A DNA stretch of 49,062 bases from a virus (lineage: Duplodnaviria; Heunggongvirae; Uroviricota; Caudoviricetes): positions 1-49,062 of IMG/VR virus record IMGVR_UViG_2917891409_000001; one strand, written 5' to 3'. This document shows positions 31,126-44,753 of the stretch, in pieces (the first letter of the stretch is position 1; every line of letters starts with the position of its first letter). Under the pieces are notes generated by a model. That model did not search any database. It was not told the origin of the DNA and saw only the letters and a list, made by a program, of their open reading frames with translations. The translations under genes were made by a program, and so were the position numbers.

Positions 31126-32425
31126 TCTCCCGCATATTGCCAGCATGGCCTTTAATGAGCCGCTGATGCTTGAACCCGCCTATGCGCGGGTTTTCTTTTG
31201 TGCGCTTGCAGGCCAGCTTGGGATCAGCCGCCTGACGGATGCGGTGTCCGGTGACAGCCTGACTGCCCAGGAGGCACTCGCGACGCTGGCGTTATCCGGT
31301 GATGATGACGGACCACGACAGGCCCGCAGTTATCAGGTCATGAACGGCATCGCCGTGCTGCCGGTTTCCGGCACGCTGGTCAGCCGGACGCGGGCGCTGC
31401 AGCCGTATTCGGGGATGACCGGTTACAACGGCATTATCGCCCGTCTGCAACAGGCTGCCAGCGATCCGATGGTGGACGGCATTCTGCTCGATATGGACAC
31501 GCCAGGCGGAATGGTGGCGGGAGCATTTGACTGCGCTGACATCATCGCCCGTGTGCGTGACATAAAACCGGTATGGGCGCTGGCCAACGATATGAACTGC
31601 AGTGCAGGTCAGCTGCTTGCCTGTGCCGCCTCCCGGCGTCTGGTCACGCAGACCGCCCGGACAGGCTCCATCGGCGTCATGATGGCTCACAGTAATTACG
31701 GTGCTGCGCTGGAGAAACAGGGTGTGGAAATCACGCTGATTTACAGCGGCAGCCATAAGGTGGATGGCAACCCCTACAGCCATCTTCCGGATGACGTCCG
31801 GGAGACACTGCAGTCCCGGATGGACGCAACCCGCCAGATGTTTGCGCAGAAGGTGTCGGCATATACCGGCCTGTCTGTGCAGGCTGTGCTGGATACAGAG
31901 GCTGCAGTGTACAGCGGTCAGGAGGCCATTGATGCCGGACTGGCTGATGAACTTGTTAACAGCACCGATGCGATCACCGTCATGCGTGATGCACTGGATG
32001 CACGTAAATCCCGTCTCTCAGGAGGGCGAATGACCAAAGAGACTCAATCAACAACTGTTTCAGCCACTGCTTCGCAGGCTGACGTTACTGACGTGGTGCC
32101 AGCGACGGAGGGCGAAAACGCCAGCGCGGCGCAACCGGACGTGAACGCGCAGATCACCGCAGCGGTTGCGGCAGAAAACAGCCGCATTATGGGGATCCTC
32201 AACTGTGAGGAGGCGCACGGACGCGAAGAACAGGCACGCGTGCTGGCAGAAACCCCCGGTATGACCGTGGAAACGGCCCGCCGCATTCTGGCCGCAGCGC
32301 CACAGAGTGCACAGGCGCGCAGTGACACTGCGCTGGATCGTCTGATGCAGGGTGCACCGGCACCGCTGGCTGCAGGTAACCCGGCATCTGATGCCGTTAA
32401 CGATTTGCTGAACACACCAGTATAA
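31106..32425 (+). CDS. C: head protease/scaffold C (with nested Nu3)
   Basis: 439 aa from GTG at 31106 (VTAELRNLPHIASMAFNEPL...) as lambda gpC. Confidence 0.85.
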
Positions 32426-32434
32426 GGGATGTTT

Positions 32435-32767
32435 ATGACGAGCAAAGAAACCTTTACCCATTACCAGCCGCTGGGCAACAGTGACCCGGCTCATACCGCA
32501 ACCGCGCCCGGCGGATTGAGTGCGAAAGCGCCTGCAATGACCCCGCTGATGCCGGACACCGCCACCCGTAAGCTGGTTGCGTGGGATGGCACCACCGACG
32601 GTGCTGCCGTTGGCATTCTGGCGGTTGCTGCTGACCAGACCAGCACCACGCTGACGTTCTACAAGTCCGGCACGTTCCGTTATGAGGATGTGCTCTGGCC
32701 GGAGGCTGCCAGCGACGAGACGAAAAAACGGACCGCGTTTGCCGGAACGGCAATCAGCATCGTTTAA
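32435..32767 (+). CDS. D: head decoration protein D
   Basis: [12 protein letters not shown]... as lambda gpD. Confidence 0.9.
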   Translation: MTSKETFTHYQPLGNSDPAHTATAPGGLSAKAPAMTPLMPDTATRKLVAWDGTTDGAAVGILAVAADQTSTTLTFYKSGTFRYEDVLWPEAASDETKKRTAFAGTAISIV

Positions 32768-32824
32768 CTTTACCCTTCATCACTAAAGGCCGCCTGTGCG
32801 GCTTTTTTTTACGGGATTTTTTTT

Positions 32825-33850
32825 ATGTCGATGTACACAACCGCCCAGCTGCTGGCGGCAAATGAGCAGAAATTTAAGTTTGATCCGCTGTTTCTGCGTC
32901 TCTTTTTCCGTGAGAGCTATCCCTTCACCACGGAGAAAGTCTATCTCTCACAAATTCCGGGACTGGTAAACATGGCGCTGTACGTTTCACCGATTGTTTC
33001 CGGTGAGGTTATCCGCTCCCGTGGCGGCTCCACCTCTGAATTTACGCCGGGATATGTCAAACCCAAGCATGAGGTGAATCCGCAGATGACCCTGCGTCGC
33101 CTGCCGGATGAAGATCCGCAGAATCTGGCGGACCCGGCTTACCGTCGCCGTCGCATCATCATGCAGAACATGCGTGACGAAGAGCTGGCCATTGCCCAGG
33201 TGGAAGAGATGCAGGCAGTTTCTGCCGTGCTTAAGGGCAAATACACCATGACCGGTGAAGCCTTCGATCCGGTTGAGGTGGATATGGGCCGCAGTGCGGC
33301 GAACAACATCACGCAGTCCGGCGGCACGGAGTGGAGCAAGCGTGACAAGTCCACGTATGACCCGACCGACGATATCGAAGCCTACGCGCTGAACGCCAGC
33401 GGCGTGGTGAATATCATCGTGTTTGATCCGAAAGGCTGGGCGCTGTTCCGTTCCTTCAAGGCCGTCAAGGAGAAGCTGGATACCCGTCGCGGCTCTCATT
33501 CCGAGCTGGAGACAGCGGTAAAAGACCTGGGCAAAGCGGTGTCTTATAAGGGAATGTATGGCGATGTGGCCATCGTCGTGTATTCCGGACAGTACGTGGA
33601 AAACGGCGTCAAAAAGAACTTCCTGCCGGACAACACGATGGTGCTGGGCAACACTCAGGCACGCGGTCTGCGCACCTATGGTTGCATTCAGGATGCGGAC
33701 GCACAGCGCGAAGGCATTAACGCCTCTGCCCGTTACCCGAAAAACTGGGTGACCACCGGCGATCCGGCGCGTGAGTTCACCATGATTCAGTCAGCACCGC
33801 TGATGCTGCTGGCTGACCCTGATGAGTTCGTGTCCGTACAACTGGCGTAA
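32825..33850 (+). CDS. E: major capsid protein E
   Basis: 341 aa as lambda gpE. Confidence 0.95.
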   Translation: MSMYTTAQLLAANEQKFKFDPLFLRLFFRESYPFTTEKVYLSQIPGLVNMALYVSPIVSGEVIRSRGGSTSEFTPGYVKPKHEVNPQMTLRRLPDEDPQNLADPAYRRRRIIMQNMRDEELAIAQVEEMQAVSAVLKGKYTMTGEAFDPVEVDMGRSAANNITQSGGTEWSKRDKSTYDPTDDIEAYALNASGVVNIIVFDPKGWALFRSFKAVKEKLDTRRGSHSELETAVKDLGKAVSYKGMYGDVAIVVYSGQYVENGVKKNFLPDNTMVLGNTQARGLRTYGCIQDADAQREGINASARYPKNWVTTGDPAREFTMIQSAPLMLLADPDEFVSVQLA

Positions 33851-33891
33851 TCGTGGCCCTTCGGGGCCATTTTCTCTCTGTGGAGGAGTCC

Positions 33892-34287
33892 ATGACGAAA
33901 GATGAACTGATTGCCCGTCTCCGGTCGCTGGGTGAGCAACTGAACCGTGATGTCAGCCTGACGGGGACGAAAGAAGAACTGGCGCTCCGTGTGGCAGAGC
34001 TGGAAGAAGAGCTTGATGACACGGATGACACTGCCGGTCAGGACACCCCTCTGAGCCCGGAAAATGTGCTGACCGGGCATGAAAATGAGGTGGTATCAGC
34101 GCAGCCGGATACCATGATTGATACGGCCGCTCTGGTCACGGTCGTGGCACTGGTGACGCTGCATACTGATGCACTTCACGCCATCCGGGATGAACCTGTG
34201 GCATTTGTGCTGCCGGGAACGGCGTTCCGTGTCTCTGCCGGTGTGGCAGCACAAATGACAGAGCGCGGCCTGGCCAGAATGCAATAA
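33892..34287 (+). CDS. FI: DNA packaging protein FI
   Basis: MTKDELIARLRSLGEQLNRDVSLTG... as lambda gpFI. Confidence 0.8.
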   Translation: MTKDELIARLRSLGEQLNRDVSLTGTKEELALRVAELEEELDDTDDTAGQDTPLSPENVLTGHENEVVSAQPDTMIDTAALVTVVALVTLHTDALHAIRDEPVAFVLPGTAFRVSAGVAAQMTERGLARMQ

Positions 34288-34298
34288 CGGGAGGCGCT

Positions 34299-34652
34299 GT
34301 GGCTGATTTCGATAACCTGTTCGATGCTGCCATTGCCCACGCCGATGAAACGATACGCGGGTACATGGGAACGTCAGCCACCATTACATCCGGTGAGCAG
34401 TCCGGCGCAGTAATACGTGGTGTTTTTGATGACCCTGAAAATATCAGCTATGCCGGACAGGGCGTGCGCGTTGAAGGCTCCAGCCCGTCCCTGTTTGTCC
34501 GGACTGATGAGGTGCGGCAGCTGCGGCGTGGAGACACGCTGACCATCGGTGAGGAAAACTTCTGGGTAGACCGGGTTTCGCCGGATGATGGCGGAAGTTG
34601 TCATCTCTGGCTTGGGCGTGGCGTGCCGCCTGCCGTTAACCGTCGCCGCTGA
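34299..34652 (+). CDS. FII: head-tail connector FII
   Basis: 117 aa as lambda gpFII. Confidence 0.85.
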   Translation: MADFDNLFDAAIAHADETIRGYMGTSATITSGEQSGAVIRGVFDDPENISYAGQGVRVEGSSPSLFVRTDEVRQLRRGDTLTIGEENFWVDRVSPDDGGSCHLWLGRGVPPAVNRRR

Positions 34653-34663
34653 AAGGGGGATGT

Positions 34664-35242
34664 ATGGCCATAAAAGGTCTTGAGCAGGCCGTTGAAAACC
34701 TCAGCCGTATCAGCAAAACGGCGGTGCCTGGTGCCGCCGCAATGGCCATTAACCGCGTTGCTTCATCCGCGATATCGCAGTCGGCGTCACAGGTTGCTCG
34801 TGAGACAAAGGTACGCCGGAAACTGGTAAAGGAAAGGGCCAGGCTGAAAAGGGCCACGGTCAAAAATCCGCAGGCCAGAATCAAAGTTAACCGGGGGGAT
34901 TTGCCCGTAATCAAGCTGGGTAATGCGCGGGTTGTCCTGTCCCGCCGCAGGCGTCGTAAAAAGGGGCAGCGTTCATCCCTGAAAGGTGGCGGCAGCGTGC
35001 TTGTGGTGGGTAACCGTCGTATTCCCGGCGCGTTTATTCAGCAACTGAAAAATGGCCGGTGGCATGTCATGCAGCGTGTGGCCGGGAAAAATCGTTACCC
35101 CATTGATGTGGTGAAAATCCCGATGGCGGTGCCGCTTACCACGGCATTTAAACAGAATATTGAACGGATACGGCGTGAACGTCTTCCGAAAGAGCTGGGC
35201 TATGCGCTGCAGCATCAACTGAGAATGGTAATAAAGCGATGA
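34664..35242 (+). CDS. Z: tail completion protein Z
   Basis: 192 aa as lambda gpZ. Confidence 0.9.
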   Translation: MAIKGLEQAVENLSRISKTAVPGAAAMAINRVASSAISQSASQVARETKVRRKLVKERARLKRATVKNPQARIKVNRGDLPVIKLGNARVVLSRRRRRKKGQRSSLKGGGSVLVVGNRRIPGAFIQQLKNGRWHVMQRVAGKNRYPIDVVKIPMAVPLTTAFKQNIERIRRERLPKELGYALQHQLRMVIKR

Positions 35243-35634
35243 AACATACTGAACTCCGTGCAGCCGTACTGGATGCACTGGAGAAGCATGACACCGGGGC
35301 GACGCTTTTTGATGGTCGCCCCGCTGTTTTTGATGAGGCGGATTTTCCGGCAATTGCCGTTTATCTCACCGGCGCTGAATACACGGGCGAAGAGCTGGAC
35401 AGCGATACCTGGCAGGCTGAGCTGCATATCGAAGTTTTCCTGCCTGCTCAGGTGCCGGATTCAGAGCTGGATTCGTGGATGGAGTCCCGGATTTATCCGG
35501 TGATGAGCGATATCCCGGCACTGTCAGATTTGATCACCAGTATGGTGGCCAGTGGCTATGACTACCGGCGCGACGATGATGCGGGCCTGTGGAGTTCAGC
35601 CGATCTGACTTATGTCATTACCTATGAAATGTGA
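35239..35634 (+). CDS. U: tail terminator protein U
   Basis: 131 aa as lambda gpU. Confidence 0.9.
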   Translation: MKHTELRAAVLDALEKHDTGATLFDGRPAVFDEADFPAIAVYLTGAEYTGEELDSDTWQAELHIEVFLPAQVPDSELDSWMESRIYPVMSDIPALSDLITSMVASGYDYRRDDDAGLWSSADLTYVITYEM

Positions 35635-35641
35635 GGACGCT

Positions 35642-36382
35642 ATGCCTGTACCAAATCCTACAATGCCGGTGAAAGGTGCCGGGACCACCCTGTGGGTTTA
35701 TAAGGGGAGCGGTGACCCTTATGCGAACCCGCTTTCAGACGTTGACTGGTCGCGTCTGGCAAAAGTTAAAGACCTGACGCCCGGCGAACTGACCGCTGAG
35801 TCCTATGACGACAGCTATCTCGATGATGAAGATGCAGACTGGACTGCGACCGGGCAGGGGCAGAAATCTGCCGGAGATACCAGCTTCACGCTGGCGTGGA
35901 TGCCCGGAGAGCAGGGGCAGCAGGCGCTGCTGGCGTGGTTTAATGAAGGTGATACCCGTGCCTATAAAATCCGCTTCCCGAACGGCACGGTCGATGTGTT
36001 CCGTGGCTGGGTCAGCAGTATCGGTAAGGCGGTGACGGCGAAGGAAGTGATTACCCGCACGGTGAAGGTCACCAATGTGGGACGTCCGTCGATGGCAGAA
36101 GATCGCAGCACGGTGACGGCGGCCACCGGCATGACGGTGACACCCGCCAGTGCTTCCGTAGTGAAAGGGCAGAGCACCACGCTGACCGTGGCATTCCAGC
36201 CGGAGGGCGCAACCGACAAGAGCTTCCGTGCGGTGTCTGCGGATAAAACAAAAGCCACCGTGTCGGTCAGTGGTATGACCATCACCGTGAAAGGTGTTGC
36301 TGCAGGCAAGGTCAACATTCCGGTCGTATCCGGTAATGGTGAGTTTGCTGCGGTTGCAGAAATCACCGTCACCGCCAGTTAA
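35642..36382 (+). CDS. V: major tail protein V
   Basis: 246 aa from ATG 35642, [22 protein letters not shown]... Confidence 0.9.
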   Translation: MPVPNPTMPVKGAGTTLWVYKGSGDPYANPLSDVDWSRLAKVKDLTPGELTAESYDDSYLDDEDADWTATGQGQKSAGDTSFTLAWMPGEQGQQALLAWFNEGDTRAYKIRFPNGTVDVFRGWVSSIGKAVTAKEVITRTVKVTNVGRPSMAEDRSTVTAATGMTVTPASASVVKGQSTTLTVAFQPEGATDKSFRAVSADKTKATVSVSGMTITVKGVAAGKVNIPVVSGNGEFAAVAEITVTAS

Positions 36383-36397
36383 TCCGGAGAGTCAGCG

Positions 36398-36820
36398 ATG
36401 TTCCTGAAAACCGAATCATTTGAACATAACGGTGTGACCGTCACGCTTTCTGAACTGTCAGCCCTGCAGCGTATTGAGCATCTTGCCTGGTTGAAAGAGC
36501 AGGAAAAAAAGGCTGAATCCAGTGGCAACCTGCAGGTGTCTGTAGAGGATCTTATCAGAGGCGGGGCGTTTCTGGTGGCGATGTCTCTGTGGCATAACCA
36601 TCCGCAGAAGACAAAGCTGCCGTCCATGAATGAAGCCATTACGCAGATTGAGCAGGAAGTGCTTACCACCTGGCCCACGGAGGCAATTGCTCAGGCTGAA
36701 AACGTGGTGTTACGTCTGTCCGGAATGTCTGAGTTTGTGGTGAATAATGCCCCTGAACAGGCAGAGGACGCCGGGGCTGCAGAGCCTGTTTCTGCGGGAA
36801 AGTGTTCGACGGTGAGCTGA
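36398..36820 (+). CDS. G: tail assembly chaperone G
   Basis: 140 aa as lambda gpG. Confidence 0.9.
   Translation: MFLKTESFEHNGVTVTLSELSALQRIEHLAWLKEQEKKAESSGNLQVSVEDLIRGGAFLVAMSLWHNHPQKTKLPSMNEAITQIEQEVLTTWPTEAIAQAENVVLRLSGMSEFVVNNAPEQAEDAGAAEPVSAGKCSTVS
36796..36802 (+). promoter_or_regulatory. programmed -1 ribosomal frameshift slippery site GGGAAAG (G to G-T)
   Basis: heptamer G GGA AAG in G frame near G stop; established for lambda G/GT. Confidence 0.75.
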
Positions 36821-37236
36821 GTTTTGCCCTGAAACTGGCGCGTGAGATGGGGCGACCCGACTGGCGCGCCATGCTTGCCGGGATGTCATCCACGGAGTAT
36901 GCCGACTGGCACCGCTTTTACAGTACCCATTATTTTCATGATGTTCTGCTGGATATGCACTTTTCCGGGCTGACGTACACCGTGCTCAGCCTGTTTTTCA
37001 GCGATCCGGAGATGCATCCGCTGGATTTCAGTCTGCTGAACCGGCGCGAGGCTGACGAAGAGCCTGAAGATGATGTGCTGATGCAGAAAGCGGCAGGGCT
37101 TGCCGGAGGCGTTCGTTTTGGCCCGGACGGGAATGAAGTTATCCCCGCTTCCCCGGATGTGGCGGACATGACGGAGGATGACGTAATGCTGATGACAGTA
37201 TCAGAAGGGATCGCAGGAGGAGTCCGGTATGGCTGA
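36802..37236 (+). CDS. T: T portion of the G-T frameshift fusion protein
   Basis: 144-aa -1 frame ORF overlapping the G 3' end, as lambda gpT. Confidence 0.75.
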   Translation: MFDGELSFALKLAREMGRPDWRAMLAGMSSTEYADWHRFYSTHYFHDVLLDMHFSGLTYTVLSLFFSDPEMHPLDFSLLNRREADEEPEDDVLMQKAAGLAGGVRFGPDGNEVIPASPDVADMTEDDVMLMTVSEGIAGGVRYG

Positions 37237-39790
37237 ACCGGTAGGCGATCTGGTCGTTGATTTAAGTCTGGATGCGACCAGATTTGACGAGCAGATGGCC
37301 AGAGTCAGGCGTCATTTTTCCGGTACGGAAACTGATGCGAAAAAAACAGCGGCAGTCGTTGAACAGTCGCTGAGCCGGCAGGCGCTGGCTGCACAGAAAG
37401 CGGGGATTTCCGTCGGGCAGTATAAAGCCGCCATGCGTATGCTGCCTGCACAGTTCACCGACGTGGCCACGCAGCTTGCAGGCGGGCAAAGCCCGTGGCT
37501 GATCCTGCTGCAACAGGGTGGTCAGGTTAAGGACTCCTTCGGCGGGATGATCCCCATGTTCCGGGGGCTTGCCGGTGCGATCACCCTGCCGATGGTCGGG
37601 GCCACCTCGCTGGCGGTGGCGACCGGTGCGCTGGCGTATGCCTGGTATCAGGGTAACTCAACCCTGTCCGATTTCAACAAAACGCTGGTCCTTTCCGGTC
37701 ATCAGTCAGGTCTGACGGCAGATCGTATGCTGGTCCTGTCCAGAGCCGGGCAGGCGGCAGGGCTGACGTTTAACCAGACCAGCGAGTCACTCAGCGCACT
37801 GGTTAAGGCGGGGGTAAGCGGTGAGGCTCAGATTGCGTCCATCAGCCAGAGTGTGGCGCGTTTCTCCTCTGCATCCGGCGTGGAGGTGGACAAGGTCGCT
37901 GAAGCCTTCGGGAAGCTGACCACAGACCCGACGTCAGGGCTGACAGCGATGGCGCGCCAGTTCCATAACGTGACGGCGGAGCAGATTGCGTATGTTGCTC
38001 AGTTGCAGCGTTCCGGCGATGAGGCCGGGGCATTGCAGGCGGCGAACGAGGCCGCAACGAAAGGGTTTGATGACCAGACCCGCCGCCTGAAAGAGAACAT
38101 GGGCACGCTGGAGACCTGGGCAGACAGGACAGCACGGGCATTCAAATCCATGTGGGATGCGGTGCTGGATATTGGTCGTCCTGATACCGCTCAGGAGATG
38201 CTGATTAAGGCAGAGGCTGCGTTTAAGAAAGCGGACGACATCTGGAATCTGCGCAAGGATGATTATTTTGTTAACGATGAAGCGCGGGCGCGTTACTGGG
38301 ATGATCGTGAAAAGGCCCGTCTTGCGCTTGAAGCCGCCCGAAAGAAGGCTGAACAGCAGAGTCAACAGGACAAAAATGCGCAGCAGCAGAGCGATACCGA
38401 AGCGTCACGGCTGAAATATACCGAAGAGGCGCAGAAGGCTTACGAACGGCTGCAGACGCCGCTGGAGAAATATACCGCCCGTCAGGAAGAACTGAACAAG
38501 GCACTGAAAGACGGGAAAATCCTGCAGGCAGATTACAACACGCTGATGGCGGCGGCGAAAAAGGATTATGAAGCGACGCTGAAAAAGCCGAAACAGTCCG
38601 GCGTGAAGGTGTCTGCGGGCGATCGTCAGGAAGACAGTGCTCATGCCGCCCTGCTGACGCTTCAGGCAGAACTCCGGACGCTGGAGAAGCATGCCGGAGC
38701 GAATGAGAAAATCAGCCAGCAGCGCCGGGATTTGTGGAAGGCAGAAAGTCAGTTCGCGGTACTGGAGGAGGCGGCACAACGTCGCCAGCTGTCCGCACAG
38801 GAGAAATCCCTGCTGGCGCATAAAGATGAGACGCTGGAGTACAAACGCCAGCTGGCTGCACTTGGCGATAAGGTCACGTATCAGGAGCACCTGAACGCGC
38901 TGGCGCAGCAGGCGGATAAATTCGCACAGCAACAACGGGCAAAACGGGCAGCCATTGAGGCGAAAAACCGGGGGCTGACTGACCGGCAGGCAGCGCGGGA
39001 CGCCACGGAACAGCGCCTGAAGGAACAGTATGGCGATAATCCGCTGGCGCTGAATAGCGTCATGTCAGAGCAGAAAAAGACCTGGGCGGCTGAAGACCAG
39101 CTTCGCGGGAGCTGGATGGCAGGCCTCAAGTCAGGCTGGAGTGAGTGGGAAGAGAGCGCCACGGACAGTATGTCGCAGGTTAAAAGTGCAGCCACACAGA
39201 CCTTTGATGGTATTGCACAGAATATGGCGGCGATGCTGACCGGCAGTGAACAGAACTGGCGCAGCTTCACCCGTTCCGTGCTGTCCATGATGACAGAAAT
39301 TCTGCTTAAGCAGGCAATGGTGGGGATTGTCGGGAGTATCGGCAGCGCCATTGGAGGTGCTACCGGTGGCGGCTCATCAGCGTCAGGTGGTGCAGCCATT
39401 CAGGCAGCTGCGGCGAAACTCCATTTTGCGACCGGAGGATTTACGGGAACCGGCGGCAAATATGAGCCAGCGGGGATTGTTCACCGTGGTGAATTTGTCT
39501 TCACGAAGGAGGCAACCAGCCGGATTGGCGTGGGGAATCTTTACCGGCTGATGCGCGGCTATGCCACCGGCGGCTATGTCGGTACACCGGGCAGCATGGC
39601 GGACAGTCGGTCGCAGGCGTCCGGGAAGTTTGAGCAGAATAACCATGTGGTGATTAACAACGACGGCACGAACGGGCAGATAGGTCCGGCTGCTCTGAAG
39701 GCGGTGTATGACATGGCCCGCAAGGGTGCCCGTGATGAAATTCAGACACAGATGCGTGATGGTGGCCTGTTCTCCGGAGGTGGACGATGA
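37229..39790 (+). CDS. H: tail tape measure protein H
   Basis: 853 aa as lambda gpH. Confidence 0.95.
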   Translation: MAEPVGDLVVDLSLDATRFDEQMARVRRHFSGTETDAKKTAAVVEQSLSRQALAAQKAGISVGQYKAAMRMLPAQFTDVATQLAGGQSPWLILLQQGGQVKDSFGGMIPMFRGLAGAITLPMVGATSLAVATGALAYAWYQGNSTLSDFNKTLVLSGHQSGLTADRMLVLSRAGQAAGLTFNQTSESLSALVKAGVSGEAQIASISQSVARFSSASGVEVDKVAEAFGKLTTDPTSGLTAMARQFHNVTAEQIAYVAQLQRSGDEAGALQAANEAATKGFDDQTRRLKENMGTLETWADRTARAFKSMWDAVLDIGRPDTAQEMLIKAEAAFKKADDIWNLRKDDYFVNDEARARYWDDREKARLALEAARKKAEQQSQQDKNAQQQSDTEASRLKYTEEAQKAYERLQTPLEKYTARQEELNKALKDGKILQADYNTLMAAAKKDYEATLKKPKQSGVKVSAGDRQEDSAHAALLTLQAELRTLEKHAGANEKISQQRRDLWKAESQFAVLEEAAQRRQLSAQEKSLLAHKDETLEYKRQLAALGDKVTYQEHLNALAQQADKFAQQQRAKRAAIEAKNRGLTDRQAARDATEQRLKEQYGDNPLALNSVMSEQKKTWAAEDQLRGSWMAGLKSGWSEWEESATDSMSQVKSAATQTFDGIAQNMAAMLTGSEQNWRSFTRSVLSMMTEILLKQAMVGIVGSIGSAIGGATGGGSSASGGAAIQAAAAKLHFATGGFTGTGGKYEPAGIVHRGEFVFTKEATSRIGVGNLYRLMRGYATGGYVGTPGSMADSRSQASGKFEQNNHVVINNDGTNGQIGPAALKAVYDMARKGARDEIQTQMRDGGLFSGGGR

Positions 39791-40116
39791 AAACCTTCCG
39801 CTGGAAAGTGAAACCCGGTATGGATGTGGCTTCGGCCCCTTCCGTCAGGAAGGTGCGCTTTGGTGATGGCTATTCCCAGCGAGCGCCTGCCGGGCTGAAT
39901 GCCGACCTGAAAACGTACAGCGTGACGCTTTCTGTTCCCCGTTGGGAGGCCGCGGCGCTGGAGTCGTTTCTGGCTGAGCACGGGGGCTGGAAGGCCTTTC
40001 TGTGGACGCCGCCTTATGACTGGCGGCAGATAAAGGTGACCTGCGCAAAATGGTCGTCGCGGGTCAGTATGCTGCGTGTTGAGTTCAGCGCAGAGTTTGA
40101 ACAGGTGGTGAACTGA
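39787..40116 (+). CDS. M: tail tip protein M
   Basis: 109 aa as lambda gpM. Confidence 0.9.
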   Translation: MKTFRWKVKPGMDVASAPSVRKVRFGDGYSQRAPAGLNADLKTYSVTLSVPRWEAAALESFLAEHGGWKAFLWTPPYDWRQIKVTCAKWSSRVSMLRVEFSAEFEQVVN

Positions 40117-40815
40117 TGCAGGATATCCGACAGGAAACACTGAATGAATGCACCCGTGCGGAGCAGTCTGCCAGCGTGGTGCTCTGGGAAATCGATCTGA
40201 CAGAGGTTGGTGGAGAACGTTTATTTTTTCTGTAATGAGCTGAACGAAAAAGGTGAGCCGGTCACCTGGCAGGGGCGACAGTATCAGGCGTATCCCATTC
40301 AGGGGAGTGGTTTCGAACTGAATGGCAAAGGCACCAGTACGCGCCCCACGCTGGCAGTCTCTAACCTGTACGGCATGGTCACCGGGATGGCGGAAGATCT
40401 GCAGAGTCTGGTCGGCGGAACGGTGGTCAGGCGTAAGGTTTATGCCCGTTTTCTGGATGCGGTGAACTTCGTCAACGGAAACAGCGACGCCGATCCGGAG
40501 CAGGAGGTGATTAGCCGCTGGCGCATCGAGCAGTGCAGCGAACTGAGCGCGGTCAGTGCCTCCTTTGTACTGTCCACGCCGACTGAAACGGATGGTGCCG
40601 TTTTTCCGGGGCGCATCATGCTGGCTAATACCTGCACCTGGACCTATCGCGGTGATGAGTGCGGTTATAACGGTCCGGCGGTCGCGGATGAATATGACCA
40701 GCCGACGTCCGATATCACGAAGGATAAATGCAGCAAATGCCTGAGTGGCTGTAAGTTTCGCAATAATGTCGGCAATTTTGGCGGCTTCCTTTCCATTAAC
40801 AAACTTTCGCAGTAA
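40116..40815 (+). CDS. L: tail tip protein L, apparent +1 frameshift near 40220-40229
   Basis: N-terminal 39 codons MQDIRQETLNECTRAEQSASVVLWEIDLTEVGGER in one frame, remainder (track ORF 40207-40815) in +1 frame. Confidence 0.75.
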
Positions 40816-40820
40816 ATCCC

Positions 40821-41564
40821 ATGACAGAGACAGAATCAGCGATTCTGGCGCACGCCCGACGATGTGCGCCAGCGGAGTCGTGCGGCTTCGTGGTGAGAAC
40901 GCCGGAGGGGGAAAAATATTTCCCCTGCGTGAATATCTCCGGTGAGCCGGAGGAGTATTTCCGGATGTCGCCGGAGGACTGGCTGCGGGCAGAAATGCAG
41001 GGTGAGATTGTGGCGCTGGTCCACAGCCACCCCGGTGGTCTGCCCTGGCTGAGTGAGGCCGACCGGCGGCTGCAGGTGCAGAGTGATTTGCCGTGGTGGC
41101 TGGTCTGCCGGGGGGCGATTCATAAGTTCCGCTGTGTGCCGCATCTCACCGGGCGGCGCTTTGAGCACGGGGTGACGGACTGTTACACGCTGTTCCGGGA
41201 TGCTTATCATCTGGCGGGGATTGAGATGCCGGATTTTCATCGCGAGGATGACTGGTGGCGTAACGGTCAGAATCTCTATCTGGATAATCTGGAGGCCACA
41301 GGGCTGTATCAGGTGCCGTTGTCATCAGCACAACCGGGCGATGTGCTGCTGTGCTGTTTTGGTTCATCGGTGCCGAATCATGCCGCCATTTACTGTGGTG
41401 ACGGCGAGCTGCTGCACCATATTCCTGAACAACTGAGCAAACGAGAGAGGTACACCGACAAATGGCAGCGACGCACACACTCCCTCTGGCGTCACCGGGC
41501 ATGGCACGCATCTGCCTTTACGGGGATTTACAACGATTTGGCCGCCGCATCGACCTTCGTGTGA
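40821..41564 (+). CDS. K: tail tip protein K
   Basis: MTETESAILAHARRCAPAESCGFVV... as lambda gpK. Confidence 0.9.
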   Translation: MTETESAILAHARRCAPAESCGFVVRTPEGEKYFPCVNISGEPEEYFRMSPEDWLRAEMQGEIVALVHSHPGGLPWLSEADRRLQVQSDLPWWLVCRGAIHKFRCVPHLTGRRFEHGVTDCYTLFRDAYHLAGIEMPDFHREDDWWRNGQNLYLDNLEATGLYQVPLSSAQPGDVLLCCFGSSVPNHAAIYCGDGELLHHIPEQLSKRERYTDKWQRRTHSLWRHRAWHASAFTGIYNDLAAASTFV

Positions 41565-42109
41565 AAACGGGGGCCGAAGCCATCCGGGCGCTGGCCACGC
41601 AGCTTCCGTCGTTTCGCCAGAAACTGAATGAGGGCTGGTATCAGGTGCGCATTGCCGGGCGTGATGCAGGCGAAACCGAATTATCTGCCCGTCTTAATGA
41701 ACCGCTGGCAAATGGTGCCGTGATCCACATTGTGCCGCGTCTGGCGGGAGCTAAAAGTGGCGGTGTTTTTCAGGCAGTGCTGGGTGCGGCGCTGATTGCG
41801 GTGGCATGGTGGAACCCTGTGGGCTGGCTGGGTGCCGCGGCTGTATCGGGCATGTATGCGGCAGGGGCCAGTATGATCCTGGGCGGTGTGGCTCAGATGC
41901 TGGCACCGAAAGCCAGAACTCCCCGTACACAGACAACGGATAACGGTAAGCAGAACACCTATTTCTCCTCACTGGATAACATGGTTGCCCAGGGCAATGT
42001 TCTGCCTGTTCTGTACGGTGAAATGCGTGTGGGGTCGCGGGTGGTTTCTCAGGAGATCAGCACGGCAGACGAAGGGGATGGTGGTCAGGTTGTGGTGATT
42101 GGTCGCTGA
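41462..42109 (+). CDS. I: tail tip assembly protein I
   Basis: MAATHTLPLASPGMARICLYGDLQRFG... as lambda gpI; overlaps K 3' end. Confidence 0.85.
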   Translation: MAATHTLPLASPGMARICLYGDLQRFGRRIDLRVKTGAEAIRALATQLPSFRQKLNEGWYQVRIAGRDAGETELSARLNEPLANGAVIHIVPRLAGAKSGGVFQAVLGAALIAVAWWNPVGWLGAAAVSGMYAAGASMILGGVAQMLAPKARTPRTQTTDNGKQNTYFSSLDNMVAQGNVLPVLYGEMRVGSRVVSQEISTADEGDGGQVVVIGR

Positions 42110-42166
42110 TGCAAAATGTTTTATGTGAAACCGCCTGCGGGCGGTTTTGTCGTTTATGGAGCATGA

Positions 42167-44692
<2,526 letters not shown>

Positions 44693-44753
44693 CGCCAGCA
44701 GACTGGATCAGTTTTCCAAAGAGTGGAAAGACGCCAACGATAAATGGAATGCC

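Noticed and set aside
38405-39399. Minus-strand ORFs of 176 and 172 aa
   Set aside because: Antisense within tape measure gene H; Leu/Arg-rich spurious translations.
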